DNA from: a virus
Strand: one strand, 5' to 3'
Length of the DNA: 64,000 bases
IMG/VR virus record: IMGVR_UViG_3300034272_001354
Location: 1 to 64,000 of that record
This document shows positions 48,955 to 58,766 of the stretch, one piece after another (position 1 is the stretch's first letter; the number at the start of each line of letters is the position of its first letter). The translations under genes were made by a program, and so were the position numbers. Under the pieces are notes generated by a model. It was not told where the DNA came from, did no database searches, and worked only from the letters and a program-made list of their open reading frames with translations.

Positions 48955-50313
48955 TTAGAACCCAAGTGCCGACAAATCAAAATCATCCAAGTCGTCGTCA
49001 CCGTAGTCGTCATCATCATTATCGTCACCCATTTTTTCATCATACTCATCTTTTTTCAAATCATTAACGATTTCGTCAACCATTCTTTGAATAAATTGAG
49101 CACCTTGTGGGTTTCCTTCTAATATTAGTTTAGCTACTCTTAAAAACTCTTGTGCTGATAGTTTCGAGAATCTCACAAATAAATAATGTTGGATGTGTTT
49201 CATATCATCATCAAACAATTTATCAGGATACGCCTCTAAAAATTTTTCCCAAAATATTGGACCTAATCTAGAATCCCATATTTCGGCAGGTAATGTATCT
49301 TCCGCCCCTAAAACCATTTCGGCTTGTTTTGGGTCATCAGGTAAACCATGTGTTCCAAATACTTCATAAACACCTTTCACTAATTCGTGAACTAATAATG
49401 GAAACGTCATAGCTCTTGCCTTAACTGTTGGTGGGTCTGTTTCATCATCCACTTCACTTTGACCCATTTGTCCACCACCTGAACCTGCCATACCTTCCAT
49501 ATCCGGGTATAACCAATATAAGTGTTCCATAAGGGCTTGTGTAACACCATAATGATTAAGTAAGTTAGGGTCTAATCTACTTAATTCATCACTAACTAAC
49601 ACATACATATGACCACCTTTAAAAGCCGCTCCTTGTATTAACGAGTTAATTAATCTTCTTTTTGATTTTTCTAAATTAAATTTTTCAAATTCATCAGCAA
49701 AATCCTCTAATTCTTCAGAATGGTCTTCCGCCTTTTTAAATGCGTCTTTAACTTCTTCATCACTAGGTTGTTGAGGTTCTGTCTGCATTCCTTGAGCCGC
49801 AGCCATAGGTCCGTGAACTAATTGAGCATCGAATTGTAATGACCCTTCAGGAATACCAAGTTCTTTAACAACTAAATTAACTGCTAATCTTTCAAGATAT
49901 TCTTTATTTTGAGATTCAACCTGTACAATTCTTTGCAAACCATTCATTACTGTCGACATTAGACCCATCATTGGATTGTTTCCTTGAATTGCGGTAGTAT
50001 CCCCCAAATATCTTCTTACTTTGTCTACAGAATCCTTAAAACGTTTAGAGGAGATTACTTCAATATAATCTTTATCACCATCTTTTGGTAAAGCTGGATT
50101 TTGATTAAATGGAGTTTGTTTTGAAGTAATTTTTCTTTCGATACCCGGTTCCATTCTTTCAGGACCTTCATAATCAATTGGTGCTTCAACTAAACTACTT
50201 TTAATTTCTTTAAGTAATGAACGTTCATTTTTAGTAATTGTACCTTCAGATAATTTTCTTTCTAATTTTGTTTTAGCTTTTAAAATCTCTTCTATTTTTA
50301 TATTTAAACTCAT
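48955..50313 (-). CDS. Hypothetical protein (putative head protein)
   Basis: 452 aa; contains HELVKG; acidic tail. Confidence 0.7.
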   Translation of the reverse strand: MSLNIKIEEILKAKTKLERKLSEGTITKNERSLLKEIKSSLVEAPIDYEGPERMEPGIERKITSKQTPFNQNPALPKDGDKDYIEVISSKRFKDSVDKVRRYLGDTTAIQGNNPMMGLMSTVMNGLQRIVQVESQNKEYLERLAVNLVVKELGIPEGSLQFDAQLVHGPMAAAQGMQTEPQQPSDEEVKDAFKKAEDHSEELEDFADEFEKFNLEKSKRRLINSLIQGAAFKGGHMYVLVSDELSRLDPNLLNHYGVTQALMEHLYWLYPDMEGMAGSGGGQMGQSEVDDETDPPTVKARAMTFPLLVHELVKGVYEVFGTHGLPDDPKQAEMVLGAEDTLPAEIWDSRLGPIFWEKFLEAYPDKLFDDDMKHIQHYLFVRFSKLSAQEFLRVAKLILEGNPQGAQFIQRMVDEIVNDLKKDEYDEKMGDDNDDDDYGDDDLDDFDLSALGF

Positions 50314-50315
50314 GA

Positions 50316-51329
50316 TTAATCAATTTTAAGACCTATACTATCAAACGATAACCAAGTAGGTAATTCTTTTTTAATAGCTTTAGGTGCCGGTTTAGCACCC
50401 GGTTTAGGTTTGTAAGGAGAATCTGTTCCCGGTCTTGTACCTGGTTTAACTTTTGGTTTTACAGGCGCCGTTTTAGTATCTTCGTCAATTTCTTTTTTAG
50501 CTTTAGGAGCTGGTTTAACACCCGGTTTAGGTTTGTATGGTGAATCTGTTCCCGGTTTTGTCCCCGGTTTAACTTTTGGTTTTGCCGGAGCAGTTTTTGT
50601 GTCCTCACCAATTAAACTTAAAAAATCTTTTTTAGACATTTTAGGTGTTATATGTTTTTCAACTAATCTCATAATTTGTTTTTCTATTTCGTTTTCACCA
50701 ATATTAACACTTGGAGATATTTTAGTCAAATTATTTTTCATTCCACCTGCCAATGCCGCACCTACTTTTTTAGTATAATCGTCAAAACTAAAATTTTCTT
50801 TTGGTTCTTTTTTCTTTTCAGGTAATTTATTAAATTTGGTATCTTTAGCAAACTCATCAGCCATTCTACACCACTTATCTCTAATTTTTTTAGATTGTGT
50901 TTTATCATTACATCTTGCAAAGAAATATTTTTGTTGACTTTTAGATTCAAATTTTTCTTGAAGTTGGTTATCCGAATCATCATCCATTCCATCAGGTCCT
51001 TGTACTTGTACAGGGTCTTGACTTACTTCACCTTTATCTTCGTCATCTTTATCTACTTCAGTATCTTCACCTAAATCTTTTTGTTCATTAGGTATCGCAG
51101 TTATACTACCATCAGTATTTTTATTAATATTATAACCTTTAGGCGCCGCAGGTAAGTTACCACCTTTTTCACCAATTTTATACCCTTTTTTGGCAGGTTC
51201 TGTTACAGCACTAACTTGTTCTTGTAATCTATTGAATAATGCGTTAATTTGTTTATCCGACAAATATTGTAATGTTGAAGCTTTAAATCCTTCTTTAATA
51301 AGTTTCAATTTTTTTTGATTAGTGTTCAT
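50316..51329 (-). CDS. Lys/Pro-rich protein with a duplicated 36-aa module
   Basis: EDTKTAPxKPKVKPGTxPGTDSPYKPKPGxKPAPKA twice; ATG at 51329. Confidence 0.7.
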   Translation of the reverse strand: MNTNQKKLKLIKEGFKASTLQYLSDKQINALFNRLQEQVSAVTEPAKKGYKIGEKGGNLPAAPKGYNINKNTDGSITAIPNEQKDLGEDTEVDKDDEDKGEVSQDPVQVQGPDGMDDDSDNQLQEKFESKSQQKYFFARCNDKTQSKKIRDKWCRMADEFAKDTKFNKLPEKKKEPKENFSFDDYTKKVGAALAGGMKNNLTKISPSVNIGENEIEKQIMRLVEKHITPKMSKKDFLSLIGEDTKTAPAKPKVKPGTKPGTDSPYKPKPGVKPAPKAKKEIDEDTKTAPVKPKVKPGTRPGTDSPYKPKPGAKPAPKAIKKELPTWLSFDSIGLKID

Positions 51330-51729
51330 ATACAACTTTTTTTTCAAATTCTAAAACGATGTCTCGTTCATATAATTTATTTTTTACTGATTCTTCTGTT
51401 TCACCAAACGAAAATACTAATCTAGTTTGTCTATCAAAATCAACGTCATCACTTTCATTTTCATACCCCAAAGCAATTATCCCATCCATAGAATCAATCA
51501 TCGAAAAATAATCAGAGTTTTGAATTACTGACATGGTTATCATATCATTCTTCAAAACTCCTACTTTTTTTATGTGTTCTAAATCAGGTGGGAGTGGGTA
51601 TCTGTTGGATGGTTTAGCATCCCAGTTTTCACCCCAAATGTTTTCCAAACTATCCGAGAAAATAAATTCATATATGTTATCCCCTTTATAATTTGGTCCT
51701 AATTCGTTAACATATATTAAATAACTCAT
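51319..51729 (-). CDS. Hypothetical protein
   Basis: 136-aa ORF overlapping both neighbours. Confidence 0.75.
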   Translation of the reverse strand: MSYLIYVNELGPNYKGDNIYEFIFSDSLENIWGENWDAKPSNRYPLPPDLEHIKKVGVLKNDMITMSVIQNSDYFSMIDSMDGIIALGYENESDDVDFDRQTRLVFSFGETEESVKNKLYERDIVLEFEKKVVYEH

Positions 51730-53075
51730 AGTATCTCACCTTTAGTGTTTACTCTAAGTTGTTTATTATTCATTTCAAATACCAAGTTATGTTTGTTAGT
51801 TTTACCAACTAATTTCGCTCCCGGATATTTTGTTATTAATTTTGTAGAAGCAACTTCTTGAGAAATACTTTCAGAAATTTGTTTGATTTTAGAAATCTTA
51901 TTTTTTCTATCTTCTTTAATTAAATTAACTTTTTGTTTTTTATTTTCAATTAATTGTTTTTCTTTTTGGTCTATTTTAAAATAACCTCTTAATACTTCAT
52001 CAACTTTTGATTCTGTGAACATACCTTCAAACATACCTTCTAAACGGTCAGCGTGGCTGTCTTTCATTGAATGAGGTCTTAATCTTCTATGTCTTGGGTG
52101 AGAAGGTAATTCGTCTTCTACTTCAAAATCAAATTCAAAATCATCAGGATTATCTTCGTCAACGTCATCATACATAAATCCTTCGGCCATTTCAGGTTCT
52201 ACATCCATATCAGCTTGGATATCTTCAACTTCACTATCATCAGTTAAATCTTCACCATCCATATCGTCACCACCTAAATAATCGTCAGCTTCAATATCTT
52301 CAAATTTATTCATTATTTCTTCTTTATCTTCCTCATCTAAAGATGCTAAATCTAAAGCTGATAAGATTGAGTTAATAACATACTTAATGTCTTTAGAAGT
52401 CATTGGTTCGTCTTCTTGAGCATCTTCAAACGCTCTTAATTTTTGAGCCAATTTACCGGTTAACTTTTGAATAACTTTTAACGTAACAATTTCGTCATCT
52501 TCAGTATCCATTTCGTCATCACCTAAATCAAGTTCTTCTGTATCATCAATATCAAATTCGTCTTCAGGTGCCGGAGCAGGTGCCGGAGCGGGAGCCGGAG
52601 CGGGAGCCGGAGCGGGAGCCGGAGCAGGTGCCGGAGCGGGAGCTGGAGCCGGTGCCGGTGCTTGTTCTTCTGTTTCTCCACCTTTCATTTTTAAAATATA
52701 CTTGGTAGCATCATTTTCATAAAATAAATTAACGTTAGCCTCTTGACCTTCATTAACATTTACTTCTTTTGCAATTAAGTTAAGCCTTTTGAACGCTTGA
52801 GAATAAGATGAATAATACTTTCTATTTTTCATTGGCTCTAAATAATCCACTTCATCAGTAGATTCAGTCAAACTTCTTTTAATGATATAACCATTTTTTT
52901 CTTTAATAATTTGATAATTTCTACCGTCGGCTAATGTTCTATTATAGTCAACTGATGTGTTCTCATTTATCGGTGTAGGTATGTTTTCATTGTATTTTGC
53001 GATTTCCATGATACGTTGAATTTTCTCCATACCTTGTAATTTTTCGCTACCAATCGGTTTTAAATTATTTCCCAT
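51726..53075 (-). CDS. Acidic protein with (AP)n linker (putative head/core protein)
   Basis: About 16 AP repeats; TATTTAT at 53106-13. Confidence 0.7.
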   Translation of the reverse strand: MGNNLKPIGSEKLQGMEKIQRIMEIAKYNENIPTPINENTSVDYNRTLADGRNYQIIKEKNGYIIKRSLTESTDEVDYLEPMKNRKYYSSYSQAFKRLNLIAKEVNVNEGQEANVNLFYENDATKYILKMKGGETEEQAPAPAPAPAPAPAPAPAPAPAPAPAPAPAPAPEDEFDIDDTEELDLGDDEMDTEDDEIVTLKVIQKLTGKLAQKLRAFEDAQEDEPMTSKDIKYVINSILSALDLASLDEEDKEEIMNKFEDIEADDYLGGDDMDGEDLTDDSEVEDIQADMDVEPEMAEGFMYDDVDEDNPDDFEFDFEVEDELPSHPRHRRLRPHSMKDSHADRLEGMFEGMFTESKVDEVLRGYFKIDQKEKQLIENKKQKVNLIKEDRKNKISKIKQISESISQEVASTKLITKYPGAKLVGKTNKHNLVFEMNNKQLRVNTKGEIL

Positions 53076-53236
53076 TTGTTAATTTTTTATAAAATTATTT
53101 TATATATAAATATATTCGGAATCAAAAATGTTGTAATCCCGACAGGTTTATTATTGATAATACCTATTTTTTATTTAAAAAAGATTTATATCAACGAATT
53201 TTATTTATAAATAGTTGTGAATTAAAAAAAAAATAT

Positions 53237-53244
53237 TATCTTTG
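53237..53244 (+). promoter_or_regulatory. Bacteroidota-type -7 box
   Basis: TATCTTTG with upstream TTG. Confidence 0.65.
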
Positions 53245-53269
53245 TATAAATATTAAAACATCAACAGAT

Positions 53270-53659
53270 ATGAAAAAATTAATCACCATTATTCTTTTTA
53301 TTTTTATTTCAAGTTTATCTTTTGGTCAACATGCAATAAAAGCCGGTAAATATTATGAATTAGATAAAGTGTTTACACGAGATTCCATATCAGTTAAATT
53401 ATTAATGGATACCTACAAATTAGATATCACTAAATTATCCGCTGTTAAATTTTTTGGGGAATTTGAGTTATCTGACAATTTACATCATAATTACTCTCAT
53501 TCAGAATACACATATATTTTAGAGAAAAAAACTGGAGTAGTTACATTAAAATCACTTAATTATAATGAAAATCTATTAAAACTTAATAAATACGTTATGG
53601 TTTTTTGTTTTGACGATAATACTACAGAGAAAAAAACTATCACCATTAAAATATTTTAA
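53270..53659 (+). CDS. Small secreted protein (Sec/SPI signal peptide)
   Basis: MKKLITIILFIFISSLSFG|Q. Confidence 0.75.
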   Translation: MKKLITIILFIFISSLSFGQHAIKAGKYYELDKVFTRDSISVKLLMDTYKLDITKLSAVKFFGEFELSDNLHHNYSHSEYTYILEKKTGVVTLKSLNYNENLLKLNKYVMVFCFDDNTTEKKTITIKIF

Positions 53660-53660
53660 T

Positions 53661-53689
53661 AAAAAAAAGGGTCTTTAAGACCCTTTTTT
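53661..53689. terminator. Bidirectional terminator
   Basis: AAAAAAGGGTCTT/AAGACCCTTTTTT between convergent genes. Confidence 0.8.
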
Positions 53690-54739
53690 AGTTATTTGTG
53701 GAAGTTTAATAATTAATCTTCTATTAGGTGCCGTTTGATTTTCATCTGTTACGTCAGGCCATTTTTTACCCTTAGCAAATTGGTCAGTTTCTCCAATACC
53801 TTTAGGTATAAAATTTAATTTAATTCCCGGTAAACTATTTTTAAGAAGTGAAGCAATTGTTTCTGCTCTTTTTTTAGATAAATCCATATTATAATCTTTT
53901 CTTTTTTGACCTGTTTTAAGTTTACCTTCAGGGTCTTCATCGATAGATGCTGATGATATTACTTCTACATCTCCTGTAGCATCAGAATAATTAGTTTTAA
54001 TTGATTTGATAAAATCTTTAAATTCTTGTTTAGCCTCATCTGTTAAATTAGTCTCATTAAATCTAAATGGACTTTCAATATTTAATTCAAATGGTGTATC
54101 TTCTGGTGTGTCTTCAGGTGTTTCAGGTGTAGGTTTATTTGAAAAATATTTAGCACTAGCACCAGGAAACAATTGTATTAAAATTCCATATCCTCCTTTT
54201 TTAACATACATTACCGGAGATATTGTATCATCTTTAGATTCTTCATATCTACCCTTTAATAAACTTAAGTCTTGTTTTATTATCTTTGCAGTGTAAAGTG
54301 TTGGTGAACCAACCTTTGATTTGTCGGTTGGAGATGGGAGTCTTCGGTCATTTGGTGCCATTGCAACAAATTTATAATCCATATTAGCATTTTGTAATGG
54401 TACTAAAGGCTCACCACCTACCGAAGATGAATAAAGGTCAGGCCAATATTTGTCAGTAAGTTCAAAATTTAAACCCCAACCATAATCTGAAACTAATTCT
54501 TTTGTTTTATAATTAACTTTAAAATTATATAAATCACCATTTACATATTTCCACTGTTGTCCATCAGCAACATCAACAATTGAATATAAGTAATTTTGAT
54601 TAATTTTAAAATAAAATTCACTTCCTAATTTATAAAAAGATTCATCAATTTCTTCTTCTTTTTCTTCTTGTTCTTGAAGAACTTTTTTAACTAAATTGTA
54701 TAATTCTGATTCTGTTAGTTTTATAATTTTTTTTCCCAT
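53675..54739 (-). CDS. Leader-bearing protein with C-terminal OmpA_C-like peptidoglycan-binding domain
   Basis: FRFNETNL...SAS...YNMDLSKKRAETI...GIGET...NRRLII; N-terminal KLTESELYNLVKKVLQEQ; no signal peptide. Confidence 0.8.
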   Translation of the reverse strand: MGKKIIKLTESELYNLVKKVLQEQEEKEEEIDESFYKLGSEFYFKINQNYLYSIVDVADGQQWKYVNGDLYNFKVNYKTKELVSDYGWGLNFELTDKYWPDLYSSSVGGEPLVPLQNANMDYKFVAMAPNDRRLPSPTDKSKVGSPTLYTAKIIKQDLSLLKGRYEESKDDTISPVMYVKKGGYGILIQLFPGASAKYFSNKPTPETPEDTPEDTPFELNIESPFRFNETNLTDEAKQEFKDFIKSIKTNYSDATGDVEVISSASIDEDPEGKLKTGQKRKDYNMDLSKKRAETIASLLKNSLPGIKLNFIPKGIGETDQFAKGKKWPDVTDENQTAPNRRLIIKLPQITKKGS

Positions 54740-54751
54740 AATTTTTATTTA

Positions 54752-55531
54752 TTAATATATATACCTTTCTTTCAAAGAAAGATTTTTATCTGAGTGTTTT
54801 GTTTGAAAATCAAATAGTTTTTGAATATAACCATTTCGTCTTAAAACTTTAAAAACCAAGTTTTCATTTGAGAATTCCCCCCCATCTTCTAAACCTCGTG
54901 TTCTGTATTTTTTAAGTTTATCTTTAAATTTATTTATAATTTCTTTAGAAGTTTCTAACGAATCCTCATCTTCAGCATCATTGATTACATCATCAATCAT
55001 TTTCATCCATTCTTCAGATTTAGTTTTAATTAACGTTGTGTCAATCTCAACATCTTCTTTTTTTGGTTTAGTTATCCACTCATCCATCAATACAGAATAC
55101 TCTCCACTACTAGTGTGAGGTTCACTTGTATCCTGAACATACAATTCAACATCATAACCAAAAATGGTAATATTATGTTTATCGTTATATAATGTTTTCT
55201 TTAATCGGAATAGTTCTTCGTATAAAGGTAATTCTTTTTCCGAGAATTGTTTGAAGTCAACAAGAATGTGTAGGTCAATATCAGAATATTTTGACCAATT
55301 GTAGTTTGCTAATGAACCGGTCATAACAACATCGTCCACAACCATATCCACACCAATAAAGTCAATAAATTCGTAAGCAATTTGAAGTAGACGTTCTCTA
55401 ACCTTTGGCACCATGATTTCATCCTGACCTTTTGGGTCGGACATATACCTTTCATTAGGTAGTTCCCAAATTTTAGGATTTAACTCATCTTGTAGATGAA
55501 AGCTAGATAATATACTTTTTAAATTACTCAT
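54752..55531 (-). CDS. Pol-beta superfamily nucleotidyltransferase
   Basis: TGSLANYNWSKYSDIDLH (GS-x-DxD) and VELYVQD; ATG at 55531 after TATTTAT. Confidence 0.75.
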   Translation of the reverse strand: MSNLKSILSSFHLQDELNPKIWELPNERYMSDPKGQDEIMVPKVRERLLQIAYEFIDFIGVDMVVDDVVMTGSLANYNWSKYSDIDLHILVDFKQFSEKELPLYEELFRLKKTLYNDKHNITIFGYDVELYVQDTSEPHTSSGEYSVLMDEWITKPKKEDVEIDTTLIKTKSEEWMKMIDDVINDAEDEDSLETSKEIINKFKDKLKKYRTRGLEDGGEFSNENLVFKVLRRNGYIQKLFDFQTKHSDKNLSLKERYIY

Positions 55532-55561
55532 TAACAATAAATACTTAAATAAGTATAATTG

Positions 55562-55804
55562 TTATACTTTTTTGTATTTGAATTTTTTAGATATATCTGT
55601 GGTGAAGTATTTTCCTTGAGATTCCGCCAATCTAAATTTGGTATAAACATTATGAGGTACATCTTCATATTCATATTTAGCCCCATTTTTAAATTCAGCA
55701 ATCATTTTTTTTGTAGTAGTATCGTATTCAGTTCTTACGATGTTTGTTGACTCAATCTCATTGATGATTTTAGTCCCGTCTATTATTTCTTTTTTTATCG
55801 CCAT
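55562..55804 (-). CDS. KTSC-domain protein
   Basis: STNI..YD....M.AEFKNG.KYEY.DVP..VY......S.GKYF. Confidence 0.85.
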   Translation of the reverse strand: MAIKKEIIDGTKIINEIESTNIVRTEYDTTTKKMIAEFKNGAKYEYEDVPHNVYTKFRLAESQGKYFTTDISKKFKYKKV

Positions 55805-56102
55805 TATCTAAAGGTGTTTTTAAGTCGATTATTTTTAGTTTATCCATAAGATAATCACTAAACTCATTATGGTCAACATCACCGAAAAAACTTTTTATTT
55901 CAAAAAACACTTCATTTCTTAAATCTGAAAATTTTTGAAAATTTCTCATTATATCAGTCGGATAATATGGGGGACTTTTCAAATCTTCTTCGGTCCACCC
56001 CTCACGTTTAAACGCCTTACGTAAATTGTAATAAGTTTGAGACAACTCATTATCAACACCTAACGTGTCAATATATTTCATCCAATGTTTTTTATGTTCC
56101 AT
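55770..56102 (-). CDS. Hypothetical protein
   Basis: 110-aa ORF after TATTTAT. Confidence 0.65.
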   Translation of the reverse strand: MEHKKHWMKYIDTLGVDNELSQTYYNLRKAFKREGWTEEDLKSPPYYPTDIMRNFQKFSDLRNEVFFEIKSFFGDVDHNEFSDYLMDKLKIIDLKTPLDNGDKKRNNRRD

Positions 56103-56150
56103 TTCAATAAATATAATTTAAATTTGTTTTGTCCATTCAAATATTTGCAT

Positions 56151-56158
56151 TACTTTTG
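56151..56158 (+). promoter_or_regulatory. Bacteroidota-type -7 box upstream of clpC
   Basis: TACTTTTG with upstream TTTG. Confidence 0.55.
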
Positions 56159-56214
56159 TTCCAATCATTTGAAAAAGTGAAAATAACCCTTATACTTAAA
56201 TAAAACAATTAATT

Positions 56215-58260
56215 ATGACAGAATCTATGGATGGTGGAAGTAACGGTGGAAATAAAGCAGTTAAAACTGATTCATCAACTCCCGTATTAGACAATTTTAG
56301 TAGAGATTTAATAAAACTTGCCGAAGAGGGTAAACTTGACCCGGTGGTTGGTAGAGAAAGAGAAATCACTCGAATTGCACAAATCCTTTCACGTAGAAAG
56401 AAAAATAACCCAATTATTATTGGTGAACCTGGTTGTGGTAAAACCGCAATTGTTGAAGGTCTTGCCATTATGATTTATAATGGGGATTGTCCAAGAAACT
56501 TAATGGACAAAAGAATTGTGTCATTAGATATGACATCAATTGTTGCGGGAACAAAATATCGTGGACAATTTGAAGAAAGAATGAAAGTCATTATCGAAGA
56601 ACTTCAAAACGAACCAAACATCATTGTATTCATTGACGAAATCCACACAATCGTTGGAGCAGGTAATTCATCAGGTTCAATGGACGCGTCGAATATCTTC
56701 AAACCAGCACTTGCTCGTGGAGAGATTCAATGTGTTGGGGCAACCACTTTGGATGAATACAGAAAAAACTTTGAGAAAGACGGAGCGTTAGAAAGACGTT
56801 TCCAAAAAGTTGTTGTGGATGCTGCAACCAAAGAAGAGACATTAATCATCCTTAAAAATGTAAAAGACAAATACGAGAACTACCACAAGGTAACTTATAC
56901 TGATGAAGTATTGTCTGTATGTGTTGATTTAGCAGACCGTTATATCACAGATAGAGAATTCCCGGACAAAGGATTCGACATTATTGATGAGGTTGGAGCG
57001 AGAAGTCAGGTAGATGTGAAAATGCCAGATTCAATTGAAAAATTGAAACTTCAAGCGTCAAACATTAAACAAGAAAAAATTGATGTAGTAAAACAACAAC
57101 GATACGAGGAGGCGGCAAACCTACGTGATAAAGAAAAACGTATCTTAACCAAACTTGAAGCTGAAAAGAAAAAGTTTGAAGAAGAACTTCTTACACACAA
57201 AAAAGAAATCACTTTGGATTTAGTTTATGAAGTGGTTTCCAATATGACAAAAATTCCAGTTACCAAATTAAATGCTGATGAAACCAAACTATTGTCAGAG
57301 ATGGAAACAAATCTATCTGATAAAGTTATTGGACAATCTGAAGCAGTTTCAAAGATTGCAAAATCAATCCGTAGAAACAGAATTGGTATTAAAGACCCGA
57401 ACAAACCAATCGGTTCATTCATCTTTTTAGGTTCAACAGGTGTTGGTAAAACATACTTGGCAAAACAACTAGCGAAACAAATGTTCGGTAGCGAAGATAA
57501 TATGATTCGTGTGGATATGTCCGAGTACCAAGAAAAACACACCATTTCAAGATTAATTGGAGCACCTCCGGGATACGTTGGATACGATGAAGGTGGACAA
57601 TTAACCGAACAAGTGAAAAACAAACCTTATTCTGTAATTCTATTTGATGAAATTGAGAAAGCAAACAAAGATATCTTTTCAACACTTCTTCAAGTATTAG
57701 ACGATGGTCACCTTACCGATGGTATGGGGAGAAAGATTAACTTCAAAAATTGTGTCATCATTATGACATCAAATGTTGGAGCTAAAAAATTACAAGATTT
57801 TGGTTCAGGGGTTGGTTTTAAAACAGGAGCTAGTTCTTATGTAGAAGAAGAATACAAACGTGAGACACTTAAAAAAGAACTTAAGAAATTCTTTACTCCG
57901 GAATTCTTAAACAGAATTGATGAGGTTGTTATCTTTAACTCTTTGGTTAAAGAAGACGTTAAGAAAATCGTTAAATTGGAATTGGACAAACTATCTAAAA
58001 GATTGGTTGGATTGAAATATAACATAACATTTGATGAAAGTATTTTAGAACTAATCTCTGAAGTTGGATTTGATGAAACCTACGGGGCAAGACCAATCAA
58101 AAGAGCTATCCAAGATAAGATTGAGGATTTTGTATCTGAAGAGATTATCAAAGGAAATATGGTGGAGGGTGTTCCATACACCCTTGTATCCGTAGAGAAA
58201 GAAGTGGTGGTCAAAACAGAACCTACCAAAAAGACAAGAAAGAAAAAAGAGGACAATTAG
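56215..58260 (+). CDS. clpC: ClpC-like AAA+ unfoldase lacking the N-terminal domain
   Basis: Two Walker A motifs ([16 protein letters not shown]), GTKYRG pore loop, UVR motif [18 protein letters not shown] ClpP-docking loop. Confidence 0.88.
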   Translation: MTESMDGGSNGGNKAVKTDSSTPVLDNFSRDLIKLAEEGKLDPVVGREREITRIAQILSRRKKNNPIIIGEPGCGKTAIVEGLAIMIYNGDCPRNLMDKRIVSLDMTSIVAGTKYRGQFEERMKVIIEELQNEPNIIVFIDEIHTIVGAGNSSGSMDASNIFKPALARGEIQCVGATTLDEYRKNFEKDGALERRFQKVVVDAATKEETLIILKNVKDKYENYHKVTYTDEVLSVCVDLADRYITDREFPDKGFDIIDEVGARSQVDVKMPDSIEKLKLQASNIKQEKIDVVKQQRYEEAANLRDKEKRILTKLEAEKKKFEEELLTHKKEITLDLVYEVVSNMTKIPVTKLNADETKLLSEMETNLSDKVIGQSEAVSKIAKSIRRNRIGIKDPNKPIGSFIFLGSTGVGKTYLAKQLAKQMFGSEDNMIRVDMSEYQEKHTISRLIGAPPGYVGYDEGGQLTEQVKNKPYSVILFDEIEKANKDIFSTLLQVLDDGHLTDGMGRKINFKNCVIIMTSNVGAKKLQDFGSGVGFKTGASSYVEEEYKRETLKKELKKFFTPEFLNRIDEVVIFNSLVKEDVKKIVKLELDKLSKRLVGLKYNITFDESILELISEVGFDETYGARPIKRAIQDKIEDFVSEEIIKGNMVEGVPYTLVSVEKEVVVKTEPTKKTRKKKEDN

Positions 58261-58272
58261 TCCTCTTTTTTT
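58243..58272. terminator. Bidirectional terminator
   Basis: AAAAAAGAGGAC-AATTA-GTCCTCTTTTTT. Confidence 0.8.
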
Positions 58273-58280
58273 ATATTAAA

Positions 58281-58703
58281 TTATTTTTCAAAACTCATAA
58301 GAAACCTTTCAAATTCTTGTAAAATATTAGGTTTTGACAATAAAGGAAACTTTTTAGGTTCAATTGCTAATCCCATTCCGTGAATTTTATCTTTAGTTCC
58401 TACCTGACTAGGTTCTTTAACTTTTTTGGTTTTAACAATAGCATAATCAGGATTAAAAGTAACAAATAACGTTAATTTTTTTTCAGGTATATTTTTCATA
58501 AATTTTAATTCAGAACCCCCTGTTTCTATCGAATAATTAAGTTTTCTCAAAACTGAGTCTAACATTTGAGGTGTTACCTTTTTTTCTTTTTTAGGAGTAG
58601 GAGTTGGTACTCCCTGTTCAGAAATTACATTTTTTTTACCTGAGTGCATCTCAAGGATTCTATTTTTCTCATCTTGAGAAATGTCATTAAATAAATTTTT
58701 CAT
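58281..58703 (-). CDS. Leader-bearing hypothetical protein
   Basis: MKNLFNDISQDEKNRILEMHS leader shared with 37393..38523. Confidence 0.7.
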   Translation of the reverse strand: MKNLFNDISQDEKNRILEMHSGKKNVISEQGVPTPTPKKEKKVTPQMLDSVLRKLNYSIETGGSELKFMKNIPEKKLTLFVTFNPDYAIVKTKKVKEPSQVGTKDKIHGMGLAIEPKKFPLLSKPNILQEFERFLMSFEK

Positions 58704-58732
58704 ATCGTTATCTTTTTATTATAAATATATCG

Positions 58733-58765
58733 AAAAAAAAAGAGAACATTAAGTCCTCTTTTTTT
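58733..58765 (-). terminator. Intrinsic terminator
   Basis: AAAAGAGAAC...GTCCTCTTTT imperfect hairpin flanked by A/T runs. Confidence 0.6.
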
Positions 58766-58766
58766 A

